NCBI GenBank assembly: GCA_043228905.1
Contig: JBHGNT010000018.1
Span: forward strand, 1,736,001 to 1,800,000
Length of the DNA: 64,000 bases
DNA from: Azolla caroliniana
Lineage: Eukaryota > Plantae > Polypodiophyta
Direction: 5' to 3'
Below, piece by piece: positions 34,045 to 47,300 of this stretch. A program made the position numbers and the translations under genes. Numbering within the stretch: the stretch's first letter is position 1; each line of letters starts with the position of its first letter. The notes under the pieces were generated by a model that saw nothing but the letters and a program-made list of their open reading frames with translations, ran no database searches and was not told the origin of the DNA.

Positions 34045-37000
34045 ATGATGAGAGCCGGAATGTTTGGCGTGGTTCTCATACCTGTCTCAGAGCTTCTGTC
34101 TCGTCTCATAGTTCAAGCTTATACAACCGCCATGGCAGCAAAAGAGGTTCTGATTGAGCAATCCAACTTCAATGAACTCTCGGGGTATCTTGAAAGGCTC
34201 ATTCCTGTTCTCAAAGAATTGCAAGAAAAGAATATAAAAGAGACACCTCCCATGAGATTAGCCCTTGAGTCATTTGAGTGCAAGATCAAAGAAGCTAACG
34301 AACTCATCCATGAATGTACGAGCAAAAGCAGGTTCTATCTTCTCTACAATTGTAGGGTTATTGTGAAAAGGTTGCAAGATATCACAGTAGAAATTGGACG
34401 GTGTGTTAATCTGATTCCTATTGCTACTCTGGATGTATCAATGGAAACTCGTGACATGACTTTGGACTTGCAGAGTCATATGCAGGCAGTAGCATTTAAA
34501 GCTGCTGAGGGCAAAGAAGAAATTTTAGAGAAGCTTGATATAGGCATGAGAGAGAGACAAGGTGATAGTGATCATGCTAAATCTTTGCTCTACCAGATTG
34601 CACAAGTGGTCGGAGTCTCGAATGACCCTTCGAGTCTGAGGGAAGAGCTCGAGAAGCTTAAAGACGAAACAAAAGAAGCTTGTCTTCGTAAAAGTCAAGC
34701 TGAAGCAATGCAACTTCAACAGATAATATGTTTTCTAGGTCAAGTAGATGATTTACAATCAGCGAGCAAGAGAGAGAGTGATTATAATGATCAGAAGAGA
34801 AGGAATTCTTCTTCTTCTTCTTCGCTTTTAAATGTTGGACAACCCTTACCACCTTGGAAATCCTTTTTTTGCCCAATGAATCATACTGTCATGGAAGATC
34901 CTGTAGAGATCGCATCAGGTCAGACTTTTGAACGAACAATAATCAAGAAGTGGTTTGATGATGGAAATAAGACTTGTCCGATTACAAAGATCGAGCTCAA
35001 AACTTTGGAGATGCAACCCAATATCTCGCTTCGGAATTCTATTAAAGAATGGAAGGATCGGAATACTTTCATAACAATTGCTGCCACTAAGTCGAGGTTA
35101 GATTCTGAAGAGGAGGAGAATATACTGAATACTTTGACCGATTTGCATAGGTTATGTGAAGAAAAATCTATTCACAGAGATTGGATAAGGGCTGAGGGTC
35201 TTATTCCAGTTATTACTGGCTTGTTATCTAGCAATAAACACATGATCAGGAGGAGAGCATTAGCCACACTGCAAAGTTTGGCTATCGATAATCCAGCAAA
35301 CAGGGTATTGTTCTCATTAGCAATGCCTTGAAAACTATTGTTTTGAGAAGCCTAGTTTGAAAAGTTTTACAAGCTTTTATTCAAAGATGCAAAAATAATC
35401 TTGTGTTTTTTGTATATAAATATGTAGACATTTCTGAAAAATTATTTGCACTTTTTATATAGCTATAAAAAAATATTCATGACACTATTAATTTTTTCTG
35501 TTTTTGACCCATTATTTTATGCATTAATGTACAATTTATGAATACATTTGCGAATAGAGACGCCACCACATTACAATGTGCTATGCACGTAATGTCTTGC
35601 TTTATAACCAACTTGTCTCTAGACTGAGTGAATATATAGCTAGGATACAGAAATTTGGATGCTTCTACGTAAGAAATGATGGAATGCTCATTTTTTTTTC
35701 TTGAACAGGACAAGATAGCTGAAGCGGGTGCAATACAATATGCTGTACGCTCTCTCGCACGTGATGTGCAGGAAGGAAGAAATGCAGTGTCTCTACTTTT
35801 AGAACTCTCGAAAAATTCTAGGGTTTGTGAACAGGTTGGAAAAGTTCAAGGATGTATTCTTCTACTTGTTACCATGTCAAATTGTGCAGATCAAGCAGCA
35901 GCAGAGGATGCCAAACAGATCCTTACCCATCTTTCAAATAACAACCAGAATGTGGTGCAAATGGCTGAAGCTAACCACTTTAAACCATTGGTACAATGTC
36001 TGTTTGAAGGTATTTCTCCTATATTTAGCTGTCAACATTTTCATTCTCTACGATTTGCTACTGTTATCGATATATAACTACAACTTTTTTTAGGGAAAAA
36101 CTGTGAAATACCATTGAGTTTTTCTTCTATTTTCTTAAATGTCCCTAAGGTTTCATTACTTCCCCAAATGCTTTTGTTCAAGAACTCTCCAGCAATTATG
36201 CAAAGGTCGTTTTTTTCTCAATTACATGTTCTATTTGAATAAATTATATTGCGACAAAAATCCGTGTAAAGAAACACGGAAATCTATGAATCAGACCTGT
36301 CATACGCCATATAGCATCCTAAAATCAAACAAGATATTCTGCACTTGACATAAAATCATCAGATTGGTAATATAAACTGAGGAAAAACTGGGAGAAAAGT
36401 TGTAATAGCAGCAGCGGAACAGTTGTGAGAAAAAATAGACACAGTCAAGCTGTGAGAAGGCTGTTAGATAGCATTAACAAAATAGTTGCGAAAAGTAGAG
36501 ACACAGCCAAAGAGCAGAGCCTGTTTGCAAGTAGCAGGAAAAATGAAGTTCTTACAAAAGAGGTTGGTATAGCCTATTATACAAAATTGGGGAACGTGGG
36601 TGAAATGGTTGCTTGGTAGTTAAGTGACTCTTGTACTACCAAACAGGTTCAATAAATGAGGAATAACAGGGAATATCTTGGAAAAGTGGAAGAGAGAGAA
36701 GGCATTTAAAGAGTTGTAGATTCTAGAGGGAGAAGAATCTAGGAAGAGAAAGAAGAAAGAAGAAAGAAGAAAAAAAGATATGTTCTAGAGAGAGAATGTA
36801 GAGGAGAGATAATAAAGATGAAAGAGTGCAGGTATGGAGCTGCCGCTCTCCAACAAAAACGAGCAATGAACATTACGGCAGGATTTTGTAGATTTCAAAG
36901 TGCAAGGTGTGGAGCAGTGAGAAGAGGTGCATAGACAATGTTTTGCCTTGTTCGCAGGGTGTGTGCGTGGAAACAAAATAATCCCACAAGCTCGCCAATC

Positions 37001-40000
37001 CCAACAATCAAAAAAGATGATTCATCACAGAGACTGGATATGGGCAGGGAAAGACACAATATTGAATGCCTTGTTTTTGTCCATGTGTCTGGCATCCCAT
37101 TTGATCTTTTATTTTATTTGAAGCACATAACTACTTTGATAAAACCAGTACAATCAAACATTTCCCTGGACTATCCCTGTGCCTTTACATGCTTCATCCC
37201 AGAAACACACTTCCACCCAGGATCAGTAATGCTATCAACATGCAAATAGCCAACAAATTGAACTGGAAGCTATATTAAAAGGGTATCAGCATTGGTTGAA
37301 TGCAAAGAATGATATTGAAAATATAAATCTCTGGTGTAAGTCTTGTTATAGTTAGAGAATTACATTAGGGTATTTTTCTACTGGTACACAATCTGTATGA
37401 TTCGTTTGATCATTGGACGTGGAGAGCCTTGAGGAAAGCCGTGCAGTGCCATCGTAGATTCTGCTGGGCAGTCTCTGTTAAAATTTAAGAGAAATGAAAG
37501 ATAGTCAAATCACAGTCTTTCAAATACTTGAAGCCCAAAGGTTGAAACAATTTCCAGTAATCTTAAGAATTAAACTAGGGGTTAAAGTGTTTGACCCCCA
37601 ATGAAGAAGTTCCCTCTAAGCTAGTTAGCCTTATGATCTCTGCTACAAGAAGTGTATTTTAATATAATCAGAAAAATTCAAAACTTGTATTGTTTTCATC
37701 TATCTACTAGTAAAAAAATGAGCAAGGGTACATGTAACAATGTGGGAAACAAGCTGTTCAGGCTGTTCATATTGCCGTTGATGTTAAGATTGGCACCCAA
37801 AGCTTGAGAGAGAGAGAGAGAGAATGACAATGTTCTACATTATAGATGTCCCAAATACAGCTGAGAGCCGATTATGATGCATTGACATACATGAGAAGCG
37901 GCTATGATCCTTGAGACCAAAAATTATTATGAAATTCTCTCCCCACAACATAGATGGGGCTTTTAAATGGTAGAATAAAAGGGAAAGTAAAAGTTGAAAT
38001 AAATAACTGAACTCTCTAGATCACATATTCTCTTTTTGTGCCGAACATTTGACCAACCCCCAGTTTCTATTTTCAGTGTGTAAACATATTCTCAGTTGCT
38101 TCGGTATGATGCCCAAATGTAAGCTTGGGCATTGTCAGTGGCCCTCAGTAATCGTCCCAATAATTAGCATTAATATGGCTAGCACCCAAATTCTAGATGT
38201 GGCAGCACCACACATGCAGTCTTAGCTGAGAATATGTCAAAAGTACTACATTGTTTGCATAAGCCAGAAGCAATATCATGAAATGTCCACTTTTCGGTAT
38301 GTTCTCCTAAGACTTTTTGGATGAACTTTCTTAATTTGTCAATATGGATCCCAAATAGAGTAGGTGAGAGAGGACAAATCCATGGTGCTCATGGACTCTC
38401 CTAAGACTTTTTGGATGAACTCTCCTAATTTGTCAATATGGATTCCAAATAGAGTAGGTGAGAGAGGACAGATCCATGGTTCTCATGAACTCTTTTAAGT
38501 CCATTTGTCTTCAACCTACAACTCACTAGCTGGTTTAGTGAGCCAGGTCACCATTGCATTCATGCGCGTTGTGCATCTGCTCCTTTTTATCCACGGTTTG
38601 CATTTTATAAATTATACAATTTGTGAGCTGTAAGTTCATATACAAGGCTGATGGTAAGTCATTCACTATGGAAAAAAACTGAGATTTCTGTTGAGAGCAT
38701 ATATGTTCATAATGATTATTGCAAACAAGTGAATGTAAATTTAACGTCAAATGCCGAAAGATCTTGAGGGATATTAGAACTCCTCAATATAGTAAATTTC
38801 TCATCCATATTAGGCTTTCGAGCAATGCATACATCTTCCATCCAAGCCGCTGCGTTCAGCTTAAAAATGTGAAGTAAGTTGTAGCCAGCTTAACTAAAGT
38901 CTGTGTTACTAATAAGGGCTCGGAACAATGCCAATACATTGATCAAACACTTAGCAACCACTCTTTTTCCCCAGTATCGTCTATCAATTGATGAAGCAAT
39001 AACCTGCGTCCCTAGGATATTTAGAAATATGCCCTCTCCTATTCTGCCACTTACCTACCTGTAGTATGATTAAGTGGAATATCCATGCATGTTTGTGGAA
39101 CATTTTCAGGATGCACCTATATTGTAACTTGCTTTAACTGCCTGAAGATACTCCACAAAAGTACTCTCCATGTGTTTGAGAAGCATTTCCAGGAATTATG
39201 CCTGCAGAAACTTCATGAGTGATCTACATCCACTATTAGACTGCGCATTACAAAGAATGGTGCAGCTATTTCTTTTCTTATTTCTATGCAAGGTGATACT
39301 ATTCTATGTCACCTTGCAATGATTCATCCCCAATGTGCTTTGTTTCAGCTCAAACTGTTTCAATCCCCGGAGGGGTAGATCAGAAACATCAGAACAAAAT
39401 GTGCATTGTCTACACTAAAAATATAAATGCTATTGACATTAAGAGGAGAAGACAAATTGAGGGAAGTATGTGTTTCATTGTGCCATTGTGTCACACTCTA
39501 GAAGTATTTCAACTCATAAGCCCTCAATTTCCAATGAGGTATATCCTCTGCCGAAAAACATCCAGTATTGACATGAAGCAATTATATCATGCATTTGCCA
39601 GTATCTGTTGGATATGTATTTTCTTATATTGGATGAATTTGTCGTTTTTATACAAAGTTCCTCTGAGGCATCATTCAAAAAATTCCACTTTTTAGATAGA
39701 CTTAACTTGCCCACATCTGTTTGTGATCATGTCAGAATCAATTCTGAGAGTTTTGTAAACTTAATATGGTTTTCAGCATAGTATAAACCATACGTGCATT
39801 CGTATTCGGGAATGTTTCAATCATTTGAGTATGGTAAACACCCTTGAAGTATGGCAAATACCATACTTTTGTATTCATAAGGTAAATTTTTATTTTAGGT
39901 AAGAAAGTTAAGGTAAAAGCGTAAAAAAAAACATAAGAATGTTTTGATAACTGAAAGAATGATGATAGAAAGAAGAGAGAAGGAAGATATATAGATCCAA

Positions 40001-43000
40001 AACCACAAAGATCTATTGATAATGAATAATCATGATGAAGGAAGATAGAAAGAAGATACATAAATCCAAGTCTACAAAGATATATGGATAACAACACAAC
40101 TACACTACATGAATAGGCAAGAAAAACACCACAAGAAAGAGACTCCACTTCTCCACCACCTTACTCTTCTCGCTTTATATGAAGTTCTCCTCTACTAGAT
40201 AAGTTTCCCTTGCTTTCTTTTCCACGCTTTTTTTAGAACTTTTCCATCTCCTATTCTTAGCTATGACACAGCTATCTTCTAATCATCATATCTCCCTCGT
40301 CCAAGCTCCAAATGTAGAGCTTTAAAAAGCTACGGATAGCTCTCTTCATAAGCTTTCTAACCCATATTTGAACATGATATTTGGCCTCCAAACAAATGAG
40401 TTATGAGCGTTCGTTTCAGACTGTGTTTTGGTGGCCCACTTTTTTCTTCTTTTACTTTTCTCCATCTTTCTTGCTTTTAGTTTGACTTATCCTTGAGACC
40501 TTGATTCGTGTTCTTACCCTCCGGATGTGAACGCTCCATACCTTATATTCTTGTAGAGTTCAATACCTTGAATTCTAGAAACACTTTCACAATAACATAC
40601 ACAGTCGTTTGCATTCGTATAAAAAAGAATATTTGCCAATGCATTCGAGTATATTATGTACTAAACTTTTTAGTCATGCCTTAGCAAGAAATGTTTGATA
40701 TGTATTTTCTCATATTGGATGAATTTCCTGTTTTTTTACAAAATTTCGCGATGTATTTTGTTGTATTGGATGAATTGTATTCAATTTTTGAGATAGACTT
40801 AACTTGCCCACGTCTGTTTGTGATCATCTCAGAATCAATTCTGAGAGCTTTGTAGACTTAATATGGTTTTCAGTCATGCCTTATCGAGAAATGTTTGATT
40901 TATTATATGTGCCCCTTGTGAGTGCCCAAATCTTGGACGTATGCCTTTGATAATTGAGTATGGACAGCCATATCACATACCTTGATCCATTTTTCATAAG
41001 CTTTGGAATAATTTCCAGACATGTTTACAAAAGAGAGAAGTTTTTCTTGTTATATCCTTAGAACATCATATGAAGACGTAATGTAGTGCAAGACTCTCTT
41101 AGACCAAAACTGTAAAAAGAAATGGTTTCAAAATTTAGTTCCTCTCTGTACTTTTTTATTCTTGTTAATTGAAATCAATATTTTGGATGGTTTTCAAAGT
41201 TTCATCTAACACAAGTCAAGGATATCCTAGCTCAAGATGACCTAATTTTCAAGGATTCCCAGTTGCTTCAGTGATGTATATTTTTATTGATAAGAGTTAT
41301 AGCTGTCTGTAGAATGACGCAGGAAAGTCTGCCTTAATGCATTTCATCCAATATATATTGCTGACATGAATTTCGATATATGAAACTTCACCTACTCTCG
41401 GGCTCTTTGATCATGTGAATGGGGATTGCATGCAAGAAATGATTACTAGAATTTACGTTACTTGCGATGGACTTCTGTTACACTTATTTTACTCCAGTTA
41501 TATTTGATATTAAAACTAATTTTTAAAATTTTTTATAATACTTTTTATATTTCTGTCCCTCCCTCTGCTTCCAGTTATTACTAGAAATAACTAGATCATG
41601 TGAATGGGGAACTTATGTTACTTGTGATGGACTTCTGTTACACTTATTTTACTCCAGTTAAATTTTTTTATAATACTTTTTATATTAACACTTAAGATGT
41701 AATCTCTTGTTTGGTCTTATAGGCCATTTTGGCCTTTTAAAATGACGTTAATATATCTTTCTTTCTTTCTTTCTCATCTCTCTATCTCTCACTCATATAT
41801 GCTTGATTTAAAGCCCCATCTATTCTGGTTTTAGAAAGGTATATTTTTATTGTGATACAATTTTGCTTTCCATTTCAAACACTTCTCTGAGTATTTCTGT
41901 GAGTACCTTTTAATTTGAGCACTCTCAGCAAGTTCAATTATGAAGGCAAGATGATCTGGATTGTATGGCAGGATCTGAGATGACCAAAATACTCATGGCT
42001 AGTGTTCTTGCTCGAATGGAGCTTACTGACCAAAGCAAAGGTGTGGTGGCAATGGAAGGAGCTATACCACCATTAGTGAGAATGATATCCAATGGAAAGC
42101 TAGAGGCAAGAACAGCAGCTCTGGGAGCTTTGTTGAACCTCTCTACTCATCCTGAGAATCGTGATCCAATGATAAGTGCAGGGGTAATCCCCCCACTGTT
42201 AAAACTGTTATTTTCTGTGACATCTGTTCGGATGAATTTAAAAGAGACAGCTTCAGAGACACTTGCTAATCTAGCCACAGCTGCACCATTAGGGTTTGAT
42301 AATAATGCTTATAGTAGTATTCTTGACTCGGAAGAAACTATTTATCAGCTTTTGTCATTGCTCAATTTGGTGGGGCCGGTTATTCAAGGACACTTGCTAT
42401 CTGCTCTCCATGGTATGGCAGCCCCTTCCACAGCTATTTCAGTGAGAGCTAAAATGAGGTCTGGGGGAGCCATTCAGCTTCTTTTACCTTTCTGTGAAGC
42501 CAATAACACCAATGTCAGAGTAAATGCGGTGAAACTGTTGTATAGTTTATCACAGGATGGAAAGGGAAAGGAATTGGCAGAGGATATTGGAGAAAATCAC
42601 ATTCAGGCTTTTGTTAACCTTATCGCTTCTTCAAGAGAGGATGAAAGAGCTGCTGCAGCTGGTATAATTAGTAATCTTCCGCAGAATGATTCACACTTAA
42701 CTGAAGTGCTTTATATGAAAAACGCTCTACCGGCATTAACTGAGCTGCTGAGACTGGGAAATGGGTTGATGTCTCCATCAAACAATCGTTGCATGGAAGC
42801 TGCAGCTCGAGCGATGATTAGGTTTACTTTGCCTTCAGATGTGAGGATGCAACGTTTTTCTGTTGAGCAAAATGCTATTCCTCTCTTGTTAACTGTACTT
42901 GCAAGAGGGTCTCCACTTGCAAAGAAAGAAGCTGCTATCGTTCTCTCACAACTGTCCGAAAACTCGAAAAAGCTAAGTAATCCAATCGATATTAGAGCGA

Positions 43001-43470
43001 AGTGGTGTTGCTTCGTTTTCTATAAGCCTGAACCAGTATGTATAGTTCATCAAGGGCATTGTTCTGTAAGAAGTTCATTTTGTTTGATTCAGTCAGAGGC
43101 AATTGGTCCTTTAGTGAGTTTGCTCGAGGAAGAAAACAGTGAGGCACATGAAGCTGCACTCTCTGCCTTGACTACTCTCATGAAAGATGATGAGATTTTG
43201 GAGAAAGGAATGGAAGTGATTGATGAAGCTGGAGGCCTTAAGGCCATAGTTAGGCTTCTCACATTCGTTACTGATCCAGCGGTTAAAGAGAAAGCTTGCT
43301 GGATGTTAGAGAGGTTTTTTCGTGTTGAAAAGTATAAGTCAGAGTTCGGTGCTCAGGCGCAGATGCCACTTATAGATCTTGCTCAGAAGGGTACTCTTGG
43401 AACTAAATCTTTGGCAGCGAAATGCTTAGCTCATTTAAAGGTATTGCACAACCAATCCACCTATTTCTAG
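34045..43470 (+). CDS. U-box/ARM-repeat E3 ubiquitin ligase, SAUL1/PUB43-44-like, ~1019 aa, 3 exons
   Basis: Exons 34045-35304, 35709-36009 and 41972-43470 join in frame (3060 nt) at GT-AG sites. Helical N-terminal domain, U-box (SFFCPMNHTVMEDPVEIASGQTFER..WFDDGNKTCPIT), then ARM repeats with family hallmarks VGKVQGCILLLVTM, NVVQMAEANHFKPL, CIVHQGHCSVRSSFCL and C-terminal LAHLKVLHNQSTYF. Confidence 0.93.
38304..38497. repeat. 94-bp tandem duplication in U-box intron 2
   Basis: CTCCTAAGACTTTTTGGATGAACT...CCATGGTGCTCATG starts at 38304 and 38398. Confidence 0.9.
39777..40663 (-). mobile_element. Second copy of the 22.1-kb MITE family carrying a ~700-bp internal insertion
   Basis: 39777-39890 is the reverse complement of ~22255-22365, and 40600-40663 is the reverse complement of ~22115-22175. 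Confidence 0.75.
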
Positions 43471-44340
43471 ACAGAGCTGAGATGTAGCAGGATTCAAAAT
43501 AGCTTCTTTTGAGATCAACAAATGAATATGTAATGTTTTGACAAACACGAGTAAATTGTCTTTACCAGCGAGAAGGGTATCCAGTGCAATTGTGAGGCTG
43601 GTCCTACTTATGGTTATGATTCCTACAAAAAGTGGGAATGTGGATGTCCTAGGTGGTTAGGTTCTAATTTGTAATAAAAACATATGTAATGCTTGTGAAA
43701 AGAAGAAAAAAGCCTCCACCTCTTCTTGGCCTCCAGACATAACCTTGGACTGCCAGATTTGTTTGCCCTCGCAAATCTCAATGTTGTAATAAAACAAAAA
43801 CCTGTAAAAGTAGAAGACAAGCTCCTAAAGAGGCAAAGGAAAGAGCATTATTTGCTCAATCTATGTATATTATTTATAAGGGTCCAGGGAATATTGCTTA
43901 TTCTGGTGTATATCGAGATCTCGAGTTACATCTCTTAAAACAAAGATCAAACACATTACGAATGCATATGCTAAACTCATAGCAGCGTTGATTATTGCCG
44001 CATGAGAATGTACAGTGAATTATTGTGTTATTAGTAAGAATCAATATCATTATTCTTTTAAATCTGCTTTGTACATTTGTCATCCTATAGTTGGGATTTC
44101 ATTGTTCTATTAACTTGCTGAACATCTAATCATTAATAGTTGCTTTTTTTGTTTCTCCTCTTGGGTAGATGTTAATGATTGCTCCCTTGCACCTTTTTTT
44201 TCGGACTTAATAATGCATCCCTCTTGTTACTTTTGTGGGCCGAAAAGATTAGTAAGAGGGCTTTGTCGGCAATCTATTTTTTTCAAAAGATTGAAGCATC
44301 ATTAATTATCTTGCTACTCTTCAGGTGTTAATGGAAGAAA

Positions 44341-47300
44341 TGAAATGTTTTATGGTTGGAATGGGCCGACCACTCAGGAATAAGATTCAGCCAACAAAGT
44401 ACACAACACAAAAAATTGTGTAATCACAGAGACGATGTTTTACGTGGAAAACCCCGAACCAGGGAAAAAAATATGGGAGCCCTTTGACTTCAAGGCTTCA
44501 CTATGTTCTGAGTGTATAGAGGATAACAATCTCTCTAGATGACTCTAGAGGCCTACAACCTTGGTATAACCTTTGTTTCACACACTGTAGACAAGGTACA
44601 CAAATAGTAAGAAGATACAAAATAATAAAACCTATTTTGCTGCTCAACCTAAGGCATACACTCAAGGTTCCTTTCAGGTATCTAAGCATTTATTTTACTC
44701 CAGCCCAATGCTCCTTTCTAGGATTGCTCATGTATTGGTTGTCTGTCCCTACAACATATGCAATATCCGGCCTAGTGCAAACTATAGCATACATTAGGCT
44801 CCCAACAATTGAGGTATACATCACCTTTTTCATTTCAGCTTTATCCTTTTTACTTTTTGAACATTGACTGGAATTCAATGTACAGTTCACCGGCAATGTA
44901 GATCCGACCGGTTTTGCCTTATCCATATTGAACCTTTGCAAGATTTTTGTCACATATTTCTCTTGCGACAACCATAGCATATTTTTAGTCTTGTCCCAAA
45001 CTATATGCATTCCCAATATTTGTCTTGCCGGATCTAAGTCCTTCATTGCAAAGGACTTGCTCAAACCCTTTTTCAGATGTGTGATCTTGTTTGCATCCTG
45101 TCCGACAACCAACATATCATCTACATACAACAAGAGAATAAGAAAGTCGCCTTCATCATACCTTTTCACAAATACACAATGATCAGCTTCTGTTTTGTGG
45201 AATCCATGTTTCAGCATGAAGGATTCAAACTTCTTATGCCATTGACGAGGGGCTTGCTTCAAACCATACAAGCTCTTCCTAGTCTACATACTTGATTCTC
45301 TTTCTCTTTCTCCTCAAAGCCCTTAGGCTGTTGCATATAGATTTTCTCTTTCAACTCACCATGCAGAAATGTCGTTGTTACATTGAACTGTTCAATCTCC
45401 AGATTCATGCTAGCAGCTATGCTTAGAATAGTCCGAATGAATGTGATCTTTACTATTGGAGCAAATATTTCATCGAAGTCAACACCCTTTTTCTGCTGAA
45501 AATCCTTCACCTTGAAAACCCACTTGTCTCTAAGGGCTCTCTTTCCCTTAGGTAGGGTAGCTCCATCAAGTCATATGTGTGGTTCTTATGCAAGGAATCC
45601 ATCTCATCTTGTAGGGCATTGATCTACTCCTCGTGTACATATGCAATGGCTTCCTCATAGCATTCTGGCTCCCCTTCATATGTTAGTAGTATATACTCAC
45701 TAGCTGGATACCAATAAAAGGCCTTCCTTTGCCTGAGTGGGTACCTTCTTCCTTCAATAGCCGGCTCAGGTTCAATTGCTTCTGTCAGGTCATCGTTCGA
45801 CTTAGATTTAGCTACATCAGTTCACTATTGTGTGCCAGTTGGCTATGCATGTGCATCAACAGGGTCAGGTTCGGTTTCATCTATTGACTGTTGTCTACCG
45901 GCCAACTGTGTTGGATAGATGTCGACAAGTGCCGAATCCATAGTAGTGGCCAATTGGGAAGACGACATTGGTTGCTTATTCTGGTCTTCTATCGTCTTGT
46001 CTTGCAAAAACACAATGTCGCAGCTCCACACTACTTTCTTGTCTACAAAATCCCACAGTTTATAGTCAAATTCCTAAGTTCCGAGTACCCCAAGAATATG
46101 CATGGCCTTGAACTTGTTGTCCAACTTTGATCTTTGATCCTTTGCAACATGCATGTAAGACATGTTGGCATAAAAGGCCGACTCCTTCCAAATTGTATCC
46201 GTCCGAGTGTGGACTCATTAATAAGTTAGGGCTTACTATATAAGCGAATACCTAACATCGTAATGAGTAATGATGAGAAGAGGATTGTATCTCTGAGTGA
46301 GAACGAAGTAATAAGAAGCTTTCCATTAAAGCTCGATCTACTGTCGAAGTCTTCATTCACTGTATTTTTTGTGTGTGTTGTTTTTTGAGCATAAGCGTAC
46401 AGGTCCTCAAACGTTTCCGCATACGTATATACATATATACATATATATTCGACATCTGGTATCAGAGCGACCTTGCTGCACGGCGGCAATAGACAACAGA
46501 AGAAGCTGAGAGGAAAAGGCTAGGTTAGAAATCTTACTTTCATAAAAGGAATATGGCTTCAACATCCGGAATAAGAGTTGAAATCAGAAAGTTTGACAAC
46601 AAAAATTTTGCCCTATGGAGGGAGATGATCCATGATGTGTTGATCATCCGAAGATAGGTTGAAGCCATTCGGCTCAACGAAAAGCCCGCTTCGATGACAA
46701 CATAAGAGTGGAGATCAGTGGACGAAATAGCACGTCTACTTCAGCATGGCGAAAAAGACGACAACGTTCTCATTGTGGGAGAAACTACAAGCCGTTTATG
46801 AGAAGAAGTCCTCATCTTCGAAATTAATTTTGATCAAACAACTGTTCAATATGAAGATGAAAGAGATTGATTCGGCGACCTCCCATATCAACACCTTCAG
46901 CCGAGCGTTGTCAGAGCTCTCGTCACAAGGGATCAACTTCGAAAAAGAAGTGAAAGCCCTTGCCCTCCTATCGAGCTTGCCGGCAAGTTGGGAAGTATTT
47001 TGCAATAGCTGACCGATCGTAAACTTGGACAAAACAATCGGCCAAGTCCTTACAGAGGACATCAGGCGAAAATCGATGGGACTAACCATCGATGAGTCGG
47101 CAGAAGCCCATCATTCAACCGAATCGTTCGACCGACAGAGTCGAACGAAAGAACAAGCCGACAGAACTGGTCGATGCTACAGCCAATCGAAAACAAGGGG
47201 GGACTGACAGCAGTCGAAGTCGAAAACGGGCCGAACAAGCTGGCCACAATGTTTCCGACTGCTGGTCAATAAAAAGAAAAGAGAGTGGTCGGCGATCCGA

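Noticed and set aside
33330-34109. Overlapping ORFs upstream of the U-box gene and the TTG start at 33991
   Set aside because: Products of hairpin and GAA/poly-A low-complexity sequence; the ATG at 34045 is the plausible start.
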